In this document: positions 24,281 to 36,400 of the stretch, in pieces
Layout: each line of letters starts with the position of its first letter
Numbering within the stretch: position 1 is the stretch's first letter
DNA from: Octopus sinensis
Taxonomy: Eukaryota
Length of the DNA stretch: 64,000 nt
Assembly (NCBI RefSeq): GCF_006345805.1
Contig: NC_042998.1
Coordinates: 3,844,001 to 3,908,000 of the forward strand
Direction: 5' to 3'
Program-made: the position numbers and the translations under genes
Notes under the pieces: generated by a model
The model's database searches: none
What the model was told of the DNA's origin: nothing
What the model saw: only the letters and a program-made list of their open reading frames with translations

Positions 24281-24314
<34 letters not shown>
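22755..24314 (-). mobile_element. Tc1-family DNA transposon, about 1.56 kb, with about 350-bp TIRs
   Basis: Imperfect inverted repeats at about 22755-23105 and 23938-24314 (e.g. CCCAGAACCATAATAGCTTTGGAGTGAAATTTAGGATTTCTTG vs CAAGAAATCTTAAATTTCACTCCTAAGCTATTAGTATGGTTCTGGG). TA flanks. Transposase remnant inside. Confidence 0.9.
23130..23905 (-). pseudogene. Tc1 DD34E transposase pseudogene
   Basis: LRVQWPQKYM..VLFTNQTRA, YNNAPSHSA and WPLASPDLNPVKNLWSIIK. All three catalytic positions are altered (D>N, D>N, E>K) and the frame is broken. Confidence 0.85.
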
Positions 24315-24333
<19 letters not shown>

Positions 24334-24824
24334 CACACATACACACACACATATTTATATTCTCTCTGTAGAGGTCTGATGGCCACTTTCTTCCATCTTT
24401 TTAAATGTATTTACTTGATTTTCTCAGCTGTCTTCACAGCCATCCTGTGTTCAAGAATTCCTTTATTTTGTATAGAATATCAATTCACTCACCACTTCTG
24501 AAACCTGTTTACAAGGTATTGAGTTCACTTCTCTGTAGATGCTTGCTGGCCAATTTTTTACCATCTTCTAAAGGGTATTTGCTTGATTTTCACAGCCATC
24601 CTGCATTCAAGAATTCCTTTATTTTCTGTAGAATAAATATATGCAGAGTATGCACAAAAAACAGAAAATGTATACACACTTCAGGAAAGGAAAAATCTAT
24701 ATAAATATTTAACTTGTATAAGTACCTCTATAAATACAGATACCTCCTTCAATGTTTTATGAAACTGTCATAACACTGAACGAAAATATCTATACAGGTT
24801 TTACCTTTTCTGAAGTTTGTATAC

Positions 24825-24882
<58 letters not shown>

Positions 24883-24954
24883 TTATTTATTAGGGAATAA
24901 AAATTCTGGCATCACAGGGGTTCAAATTATTCTCAATGAGGAAATATATATTTT

Positions 24955-25859
24955 TTATTTAGAGATAGTAGTCCCCTTCATCCCACCATATAAAAGAATT
25001 TTAATTTAATTTAATACTTACATCTCATTTCTCAGCTATATGTATTTCTTTAGGTTCTTCTACGGTTCCTTAATCATGCAGTGTTTTACAGGAACCTTTC
25101 TTAGAATGTAACTCCAATCATCAGGTCTCTAAATAACTTTATCATAGTTCGATACCAAATACTATATTTTAATTTTAACATATAAGTATGTGTATGAGTA
25201 AATAGATTCACCAGACCTTACTGTGCAAGCCATGATTTAATTCAAATAAAAAATAAATAAAAATAAAAATAAAAATTTACAAAAACTAAATTCTCACGTA
25301 ACTTATGTCTGTAAACATTCATATAAAATTAATAATATGTAGGGATAAAAATGAAATATATACTTGTGATGATATAATAATGAAAGCAAGGACAAGTAAA
25401 TATATATTCGAATAAAAATGAAAGCAATGACAAATAAATATTCTCGAATAAAAACTACAGTACGAATGACAAAATGCGAAAAGAAAATTTACAAATGATA
25501 CGAATGATAAAAATTAAAAATTTACGAAGTAAAAATAACTTAAGGGTAACGTAAAAGAAATGTAAAAAATATGTACAAGCTACCGTTGACTACCATTGTC
25601 CTACTATGTATTAATTTTGGCTTGACGTTGCAAGGTTCAGCGAACAACTAGTATTTGGTATCGAACTATGATAAAGTTATTTAGAGGCTTGATGATTGGG
25701 GTTACATTTTAGGAAAGGTTCCTGTAAAACACTGCGTGATTAAGGAACCGTAAAAGAACCTCAAGAAACACGTATAGCTGAGAAATGAGTAGTAAGTATC
25801 AAATTAAATTAAAAATTCTTTTATATGGTGGGATGAAGGGGACTACTATCTCTAAATAA
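24955..25859. mobile_element. Non-autonomous DNA transposon with about 210-bp TIRs
   Basis: Arms 24955-25164 and 25649-25859 are inverted copies (TTATTTAGAGATAGTAGTCCCCTTCATCCCACC... / ...GGTGGGATGAAGGGGACTACTATCTCTAAATAA). The interior is A-rich and non-coding. Confidence 0.8.
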
Positions 25860-26774
25860 TATATATATATATTTGATGATCTATATAGATGATGATGATT
25901 ATATATATATATATATGTATGTATATATATATAAGGTATCCTCATAGTTTCTCTCTACCAGGTTCACTCACAAGCCATTGCTTTGCTAGAGAATATAGTA
26001 GAAGACATTTTCCCAAGGTGCCACACTGAGGAATTGAACCTGGAACAACATGACTTCAAGGCAGGTTTCTTAAGCAGACAGTTATGTCTGCACCTGTCTT
26101 GCCTACCACCCTATATATCATTACAGGAGAGTGGTAGAAAAGGAAATGAAAGAGAGAATGCTAAATTAATGTTCTATTGTATTCAGTTTCATCTCTCCAC
26201 TTTCTGTGTTCAAAGTTTCAAGCCCCCATTGTGATTGACTTCAGATATTATGCCTCAAAAGCAAGCAAAATATATCAGGCATGTACTGAGTTTGTTTCAG
26301 ATTCAATTGATTATATATTTTCACTAGAAGTATTTCTTTTTAGATTTGTGTGTCAGTATTAGAAATCAATATTTCTTGAGGAAGGAAGCATATGTGAGCA
26401 GAGTAAGAGCTGTGATTCTGCAAAACCAAGATTGTGAAGTAACTTCAGTCTGCATGCACTTGAAGCCATTTTATTTCTTTTTGTGGTTTTGTGTCCATTT
26501 TTTCATGCTACCAGCTGTCAGATGAAATTTGCTGAGGCAGATTTTCTATGGCTGGTTAGTCTTCCTTTTGCCAATTCATACCTGTTTTCCAAGGTATTTT
26601 TTTTATTCTACTGCTCTTTGCACACTGAAAGCTGAAACTACTAGTGTCTTTACTTGGTGGTAATTGTAAACAAAGAAACCTCCTTTGATCAGGAGATGTG
26701 AATGAGAACTTCCGGGATAATTTTCATGTACCCCAACCACACATGTATGTATGTGTGTATGCATGTATGTGTGA

Positions 26775-27105
26775 AGGTGCATGGCTCAGTAGTTAGAGCA
26801 TCGAGCATACGATCGTGAGGTTGTGAGTTTGAATCTTGGACCAGGCTGTGTTGTGTTCTTGAGCAAGACACTTTATTTCACGTTGCTCCAGTTCACTCAG
26901 CTGTAGAAATGAGTTGCGATGTCACGGGTGCCAAGCTGTATCAGCTGTTACCTTTCCCTTGGATAACACTGGTGGCGTGGAGAGGGGGGGCAGTATGTAT
27001 GGGAAACTGCTGGTCTTCCATAAACAACATTGCCCGGACTTATGCCTGGGAGGGTAACTTTCTAGGTGCAATCCCACGGTCAGTCATGACCGAAGGGGAT
27101 CTCAG
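26775..27105 (+). mobile_element. SINE family C
   Basis: Full-length match with A/B boxes. Confidence 0.8.
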
Positions 27106-27619
27106 CTCAGTATGTATGTATGCATGCATGCAAGCTACTTTTCAGTTTCTACCTATGGGTTCCACTTAGAAAATTTTGGCTGATCCAGTGCTATATTAGA
27201 ACACACTTGCTTAAGGTGTCTTGCAGTGAGATCGAATCTGGAACCATGCATTTTCAAAGCTAACTTTGTAAGCTACACCTGTACATCAATGTATGCTGAT
27301 AAAGCTAATAGGTATTATGCTTCTCATTTCTTTACTTTGTGCCTCGTGAGAAACTAATACCTTTTTGCTTGAATTTATTCAACATCTGGAAGATATTAAA
27401 TTTGTTGTTGTTGCTGTTGTTTAGCTTAAGATTTCTCTTCATTTTGAATTTCTATGATCAAAGACATTTCAGCTATGACCATTCCATATTTTCAGACAAA
27501 GTGAAATGTGAGATAGACTATGTAATATGCTCTTACCCTTTTTTTTAAAAAAAAAACAAAACAATCAAATGAATATCTGCATACCTTACATATTTTTGTA
27601 TTTCCTTATCTAGTTTAGA

Positions 27620-28170
27620 AACTTTACCTTTCAAATGTCCCAAGTAAAATGTTGATACCAGGCAGTGACTCTCATGGCTCCTGATCTCAACTAATTGGAA
27701 GTGTTATCAAGTACATGATTTGCCTCAGTATAAAAGATGGGCTACAGCAAATATTCTGTGCAGTACCACAGATTTGCTTGTCACTTGCTTGACCATAACT
27801 AGTTGAGCATGTGCATTAGTTGCTGATGATATGTACATCTGTGATCATGAGCAGGAGTAGTGGGAGGAGTATCATAGCCATGTTGAGAAGAATTCTTTGT
27901 GGTTTGAATAATTCACTCCTGGAAACATGGGTGTTTTATTCATCACCCTTAAACAAACCTTATTCAGAAACCTTTTGATTGGGATGGGCATCTCGACCTG
28001 AAGAAAATTCCAGTAGGATCCTACCTGCAAGGCAATGTGCTGTTTACCTTGATATGAGATCACCTGGTGTACCCTTATCAGAAGGGTAGCCATGATGGGT
28101 ATTTTGGGCTTTGTATATTTGTACCCCAGTGTCACTTTGATGACATGAATTGCTCTCATGATAATAATAA
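27620..28170 (+). mobile_element. Unclassified retroelement 3' fragment with (TAA)n tail
   Basis: GC-richer island ending in ATAATAATAA. It resembles a recalled octopus dispersed repeat; the classification is not verified. Confidence 0.35.
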
Positions 28171-28174
28171 TTGT

Positions 28175-28605
28175 TTCAAATTTTGGCACAAAGCCAGCAA
28201 TTTTAAGGATTTTAAGGGATAGGGAGGCTAGATGATTACATCAACCCCAGTGCTCAACTGGTACTTATTTTATCAATCTCAAAAGGATGAAAGGCAATGT
28301 CATCCTTGGTATAATTTGAACTCAGAATGTAAGGTGCTGGATGAAATGCTGCTAAATAATTTATCCAGTGTACAACCTTAATAATAATGATTTCAAATTT
28401 TGGCAGAAGGCCAGTAAGTTTAGGGAAGGGAAGGAGTCAATTACATCAACTCCAATTCTCAACTGGTACTCATTTTATTGACCCCAAAAGGAGGAAAGGC
28501 AAAGTGGATATTGGTGGAATTTGAACTCAGAATGTAAAGACAGATGAAATTCCACAAAGCATTTTGCTTGGCGTTTTAATGATTCTGTCAGCTTGCTGCC
28601 TTAAT
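28175..28605 (-). mobile_element. Two older SINE B-type copies in tandem
   Basis: Two degenerate matches (GAACTCAGAATGTAA...TTCATCCTTT in the reverse sense). Confidence 0.7.
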
Positions 28606-28864
28606 AATAATAATTATTTTTATTATAATGATAACTAAATGAACGATCAAATCAAGTGAACAAACATTTGAAATTTTGCATTTTAGATGAAATCATTTAA
28701 AACAACTAAGAAAGTAATAAATAATTTTTTTTCTTTTTCTGAAAATCATTGAAATTAATTTAGAACATATCCTTTTGACCCTCAAACAAAAACTGTTTTA
28801 TTTATAATTTAATTAATTTTTTAAGATCATTTCTGTATATTCTTTTCTCTTTCTTTATTAACAG

Positions 28865-29028
28865 GCAATTCTTTTAAATGTGGGAAACCTGAAAACGAAA
28901 ATCTTAACTTATGTCGCAAGCTCAGGGAAAGAGGTCGCTGCAAGCATGTCTTCGTCAACCAAATCTGCTGTAATACATGTCAAGGAATCAGCATAAATTC
29001 TAGAAAGCGCAACCGTATACGGTCATGA
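28865..29028 (+). CDS. Terminal coding exon encoding a PLAC domain (C-terminus of an ADAMTS/ADAMTS-like/papilin-type secreted protein)
   Basis: Long polypyrimidine tract plus acceptor (ttcttttctctttctttattaacag|GC), phase-1 start. Translation: NSFKCGKPENENLNLCRKLRERGRCKHVFVNQICCNTCQGISINSRKRNRIRS*. The spacing C-x10-C-x8-C-x8-CC-x2-C fits PLAC (the CCxxC end distinguishes it from ShK). TGA at 29026-29028 and an AATAAA about 200 nt downstream. No upstream exons were recognised in the window. Confidence 0.8.
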
Positions 29029-29639
29029 TGGCCCAAATCTTTTCCTTTTTTTTTATTTTCAATTAGTTTTTGTCACAGATTTATTGCAAAAAAATTGGTG
29101 AAAAATATTTAAAAAGTTAAAATATAAAATTGAAAAAAAAAAAAAAATCAAACTTAAATTTCAAAAATATATGATATTCACTATATCACAGACAAAATGT
29201 GAACAAAAAATTGAAAACATTGGAAAGAAAAATAAAACAATTGACTAAATCATTTTAGGATGCAAAACGGAAAAGGAAAAAAAAAGAAAAATGTCTATTT
29301 ATAGAAACATTGCTAAAGTAAATGTCATGTCAAAAATAAGTTAAATATTGGAGAAAAATATGGAGGAAAAAAAAATGAGAAAGGACTCCAGTAACGGACT
29401 CCATTTTGGAGCAATCCAGATATGAACACTAAAATACATATGCATCATACATATGTATTTAAACATGTTTTCTCATGTGTGTGTGGGTATAAGATATCTA
29501 TAATATATATATATCATATGTATGATATATCATGTGTATGATATATATCATACATGTGTATAATATATATGATATGTGTATGATATATATGTATATAGTA
29601 TATATCATAATATATATATAATATATTTATATACACATA

Positions 29640-30010
29640 TATATACTATATACAAATAGATTTGATATATATATATATATACCTACATATATATGTACAT
29701 TTGATATATATATACATACATATATATGTACATTTGATATATATATATATACATACATGTGTACATTTGATATATATATACACATAATACAGACATTTGA
29801 TATATATATACATATAATACATAGACATTTGATAATATATATATACACACACATACATTTGATATGTATATATACGTATATATATATATATTTATATACA
29901 CATATATATATACATTTAATATATTCACACATATATATATATACATACACACATTTGATATATATATATTTGCACACACACATTTGATATATATATATAT
30001 ATACACACAC
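29640..30010. repeat. CATTTGA(TA)n compound minisatellite
   Basis: Recurrent CATTTGATATATATA anchors. Confidence 0.85.
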
Positions 30011-30597
30011 ACAGCTAGTTGCCTGCATCCAGTAAAAGAATGTGTATAATATACACATTCACTCACATATTATATTTTATATATATATCAATATATATAT
30101 ATATAAGTCTTTGTTTTACATTTAATTTTATTTTGTCGACATGCATTTCGCACTGTATTAACACAACAATATATACAGTAAGCATGCTCTGGCACTCTAT
30201 CCAGCATTGGTATATGGGTGTCACTCTCTTTTGCTCCCTATGTATTGCCTCACATTTATCTCACATTTTCCTTTCTTTTATTATTGAAATTGTTTTTGAT
30301 ACTATTAATGCTGTTGTCATTATTATTTTTAGTCATTATAATTATTATCATAATTATTATTATTATTATTATTAGACATGTGATGGTTCAGAATCAGTAA
30401 TGTGCTGGATAAATATGCTTTGCAATACACAGTTATGTCTCAATGCTTTTATATCTTTGGACACTGTTGTTGAAACTTGCCTTTCGTACTTGTGCTTCTA
30501 GTACTGGGGTTAAATAAACTGGCTACACCCGCCTCTTTGAAATTTGTGGTTTTAGACAACATGAAAGAAATTATTATAATTACTGTTATTATTATTT

Positions 30598-30790
30598 CGT
30601 GGTGAGCTGGCAAAATCGTTAGAACACCAGGACAAATGATTAGCAGCATTTTTGTCCATCTTTAAATCCAGCTGAGGTGAACTTTGCCTTTCATCCTTTC
30701 CGGGTTGATAATATTAGTACCAGGTGAGAACCGGGGTTGATGTAACTGACTTACCTTTCCCCTAAACTTGCTGGCCTTGTGCCAAAATTT
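30598..30790 (+). mobile_element. Older SINE B-type copy
   Basis: GTGGTGAGCTGGCAAAATCGTTAG head and CTTTGCCTTTCATCCTTTC body. Confidence 0.7.
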
Positions 30791-32699
30791 CAATCATTAT
30801 TATTATTATTATTATCAAATATATGTTTGGCTTTTGCTTTGTACAAGTTAACTTGAAGTCTCAGCCAGAGAGCTCAATTTAGAAATTCAAGTTGGTGTTA
30901 TGACTAGGGAGCCATATTTTTGGTTTTGCTCAAAGTATTGTTCTAGGGAATGTCTGTAAAAACATAAGACAATTAGAAGTTTCTTCTAAAAAGTAATTTT
31001 ATTATAAGATGATAGAGTGATATTAAAGTTACAGTATTATATTAAAATTCCACCAAGGTCAACTTTGCCTTTCATCCTTTTGGGAGTCAATGAAATAGGT
31101 ACCAATTATGCACTGGGGTCGATGTAATCGACTAGCATCCTTCCCCAGAATTTCAGGCCTTGTGTCTAGAGTTGAATTACTATTATTCATTGCTATTAGA
31201 TTGATGGCCTTGATTGTGTTAGTGAAGTTATACCGAGTGGTTTACCTGATCCAAAGTTTGACAGCTTTGCAGGTTTAAGCTTAAATTGTTTTGAATTTTC
31301 ATTCTGCCAAGCTGTATTATATTTAAGTCAGTCCTATATGCTACAAGCTTACATGCGTAATTTTACTTTATGGTTTTTGTCTAAAGAGAACAATCCTGAT
31401 ACAATCATCCTTATATTCACCATAACTTTTTTTGAACACTGCTAACTTAGCACAAAGTGGCTTTGAAAATAACCATAACATGTATGATATATAACTTGAA
31501 AGTTGCAAAATATTCTCATTGATTTTAAGAAAGCATCAATACAACAACTAAAATATTGATAATTGTCCACTTAGAGCTTGAAATAACATATCAAGTAGAA
31601 TAATGTCTATGAGAAACTAAAAGAAGACAAAATGAAAGAAAAAAGATGATGTGATGTCTCTCAAGTATGCACACATGTATAAATACGTATAAACTCAGAG
31701 AAACAGTTGAAGATATAACGATATCAAAATAAATATACCTAAAGCCATGAGCAAACTAATCTAAAGACTACGTTTACAAACAGATTTGTAAAATGCACAG
31801 ACACTTGCGAGCATTGACAAAATGCTCACACAGACAAGTTTCAATACTCAAAGAAACTCATTGAAAATATGCTATAGAAATATCATTACTATATGTACAA
31901 AAATATTGGCTGGTGCACTGTAGAAATATGAAAATGTGTTTAGCCATCCATGAAGGAAGGAAATGATCAGAGCAATGTTCAGACAATCAAATGGCTAGAA
32001 TCACCCAGAGACCAATAAAATGTCTACAACTATCAACAAATCAATGAAATGTTTACTACCATCAAATTGTTGTTATTATTAATAGCCCTGTTACATCATT
32101 CGAGGCTAGGTCTTTGAATTCACTTGTGTAATATTACTGGCAATAACACCTACCAATTCTTTTAATTGTAATTCAGCTTTTTTGGGTAAAACAAATCTGT
32201 TTTTGTATGTGTGTGAATATATATGAATATATATATGTGTGTGTGTGTAGGTTTATATTTTCTGCTAGAACATAAAAAAAAGAACATTACAAGTGAGTTG
32301 CTTAACAGTCTTTAAAATAATGTCAAAACCAACAAAGAATTGACGTTTTAAGTCATAAACCAAGGGAATATTTACGAACTTCAATAGACCAATGAAATGC
32401 CACCTTTGATTGATCAATCAACTGTTTCCAATGTTTGACGAGCTAAAGAAATGTTTAGAACCACAAAATGATGAATAAAACATCATCAGTCTATGTGTCT
32501 AGTCAGGAAGGACCATTATTCTCCACTGCTCTGGTTTACTTGTTTGTTTCAAGAGGAATGGTTTAAAGAGATTCAACAATATTAGTAAACTCTTTGATTC
32601 AGTACAGGTGCAATTGAATGAAATAACTATATATATACGTACACACACACACACACACATACATCTACATATATACAATTATATACATACACTATATAT

Positions 32700-33055
32700 A
32701 TATACATATATATATATACACATATATACTTATATACATTCATTATATATATATACGTATATACTTATACATTCATTATATATATATATACACGTATATA
32801 CTTATATACATTCATTATATATATATACGTATATACTTATACATTCATTATATATATATACACGTATATACTTATATACATTCATTATATATATATATAT
32901 ATATTTACACATGTATATACTTATATACATTCATTACATATATATACACACGTATATACTTATATACATTCATTATATATATATATACACACGTATATAC
33001 TTATATACATTCATTATATATATATATACACACATATATACTTATATACATTCAT
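32700..33055. repeat. About 37-40-bp TA-rich minisatellite
   Basis: Unit ACGTATATACTTATATACATTCATTA(TA)n repeated about 8-9 times. Confidence 0.9.
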
Positions 33056-33495
33056 AATATATAAATGAAAAGAAAATGGAGATTTACAATTGACACATTT
33101 TAATTTATTAACATATATTATTACTACTACTATTATTATTATATAGCATAAAAATTATAATCCTACAATTGTTTCAATTCAGCCCTAATCATCACACACA
33201 GACATACACACACACGTATGCATGTATTAATAGCAAAATTAGCACCTAATACAATTGTGGCAAGAATATAATCTTCTGGTGGATGACTGACTGCTTTAGT
33301 TGTGGCCATATAACACAGCAGCAACTGGTGATGTTGCTATGGAACTGAATACATCCATAACAAGAGACATTGTATTCCTGAAGTAGAACTTTTAACTGAT
33401 GGCGAAAATTACAAAAAATTTGACAAAGCAGTTGCTACAATACATTACTGTCTTGCAAATAAATAGCTATGATATTGTCATTAAATATATCCCTG

Positions 33496-36400
33496 TTATT
33501 ATTATTATGCTTATTATTATTATTATTATTATTCGTATTATTATTATGCTTATTATTATTGTTATTCATATTATTATGCTTATTATTATTCGTATCATTA
33601 TGCTTATTATTATTATTCGTATCATTATGCTTATTATTATTATTCGTATCATTATGCTTATTATTATTATTGTTATTCATATTATGCTTATTATTAATAT
33701 TATTCGTATTATCATTATGCTTATTATTATTATTATTCGTATTATTATTATGCTTATTATTATTCGTATTATTATGCTTATTATTATTATTCGTATTATA
33801 CTTATTATTCATATTATTATGCTTATTGTTATTCATATTATTATGCTTATTATTATTATTCGTATTATTATTATGCTTATTATTATTATTCATATTATTA
33901 TGCTTATTATTATGCTTATTATTCATATTATGCTTATTATTATTCGTATTATACTTATTATTCATATTATTATGCTTATTATTATTATTCGTATCATTAT
34001 GCTTATTATTATTATTCGTATTATTATTATGCTTATTATTATTCGTATTATACTTATTATTATTCGTATCATTATGCTTATTATTAATATTATTCGTATT
34101 ATGCTTATTATTCGTATTATACTTATTATTCATATTATTATGCTTATTATTATTATTCGTATTATGCTTATTATTCATATTATTATGCTTATTATTATGC
34201 TTATTATTATGCTTATTATTATGCTTATTATTATTCGTATTATTATGCTTATTATTCGTATTATGCTTATTATTATTCATATTATTATGCTTATTATTAT
34301 GCTTATTATTCGTATTATTATGCTTATTATTCGTATTATTATGCTTATTATTATTATCGTATTATGCTTATTATTATTCATATTATTATGCTTATTATGC
34401 TTATTATTATTCGTATTATGCTTATTCGTATTATGCTTATTATTCACATTATTATGCTTATTATTATTCGTATTATTATTATGCTTATTATTATTATTCG
34501 TATTATGCTTATTATTATTCATATTATTATGCTTATTATTATGCTTATTATTATTATTCGTATTATGCTTATTATTCATATTATTATGCTTATTATTATT
34601 CGTATTATTATTATGCTTATTATTATTATTCGTATTATGCTTATTATTATGCTTATTATTCGAATTATTATTATTATGCTTATTATTCGTATTATGCTTA
34701 TTATTATGCTTATTATTATTCGTATTATGCTTATTCGTATTATGCTTATTATTCACATTATTATGCTTATTATTATTCGTATTATTATTATGCTTATTAT
34801 TATTATTCGTATTATGCTTATTATTATTCATATTATTATGCTTATTATTATGCTTATTATTATTATTCGTATTATGCTTATTATTATGCTTATTATTCGA
34901 ATTATTATTATTATGCTTATTATTCGTATTATGCTTATTATGCTTATTATTCGTATTATTATTCGTATCATTATGCTTATTATAATTGTTATTCATATTA
35001 TTATGCTTATTATTATTATTATTTCGTATCATGCTTATTATTATTCATATTATTATGCTTATTATCATGCTTATTATTATTCATATTATTATGCTTATTA
35101 TTATGCTTATTATTATTCGTATTATTATTCGTATCATTATGCTTATTATTATAATTGTTATTCATATTATGCTTATTATTATTATTCGTATCATTATTAT
35201 TATTCGTTATTCGTATCATTATGCTTATTATTATTCATATTAGTATGCTTATTATTATTATTGATATTATTATTCGTATTAAGCTTATTATTATTATTCG
35301 TATTATTATTATGCTTATTGTTATTCATATTATTATGCTTATTATTATTCGTATTATTATGCTTATTTTTCTTATTGTGCTTATTCTTATGCTTCTCCTT
35401 ATTGTGCTTATTCTTATGGTTATTACTATGCTTCTTATTATGCGTCTTCTTATTGTCATGTTGCTTCTTATCGTTATGCTTCTTCTTATGCTTCTTATTG
35501 TCATGTTGCTTCTTATCGTTATGCTTCTTATTGTTATGCTTCTTCTTATGCTTCTTATTGTTATGATTCTTATTGTTATGCTTCTCCTTATGCTTATTAT
35601 TATGCTTCTTAATGAGAAGAAGCATAACAATAAGAAGCATAAAAATAAGAATAAAGCATAAGAAATAGTATAAAAAGAAGCATAACAATAATAAGAGGCA
35701 TAATAATAATAATCATAATAATATTGAGAAGCATAATAGGAAGCATAAGAAGCATAATAAGAATAATAATACCCCAAAAAATAATAAGTATAATGATAAT
35801 AAGCATAATAAGAATCATAAGAAGCATAATAATAAGCATAACAATAAGAAGCTTAATAATAAGCATAATAATCATTATAATAATAAGCATAAGAGGAAGC
35901 ATAATAAGAAAAAGCATAACAATAAGAAGCATAACAATAATCTTATTGTTATGCTTCTTCTGAATGTTATGCTTCTTATTATAATGCTGCTTCTTATGCT
36001 TATTATTATACTTATAATGCTTTTTCTTATTATGGTTATTATTTTTATGCTACTTATTATTATGCGTCTTCTAAGAAGAAGCATCATAATAATAAGCAGC
36101 ATAACAATAAGAAGCATAATCAGAAGCATAACAAATAGTATAAGCATAAAAATAACCATAAGAAGCATAACAATAAAAAGAATAAGTATAAAAAGAAGCA
36201 TAAGAAGTATAATAATAATAAGCATAACAATATTAAGAAGCATAACAATAAGAAGCATAAGAAAAAGCATAAAAAGAAGCATAACAATAACAAAAAGCAT
36301 AAGAAGCATACAATAAGAAAAGGCATGATAATAAGCACAATTAGAAGAACCATAAGAAGAAGCATAAGAAAAAGCAGAACGATAAGAAGCATAACAATAA

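Noticed and set aside
33332-33460. Protein-looking stretch CCYGTEYIHNKRHCIPEVELLTDGENYKKFDKAVATIHYCLANK just before the satellite
   Set aside because: It is bounded by stops (TGA immediately upstream), with no usable acceptor or ATG in frame and no recognisable family.
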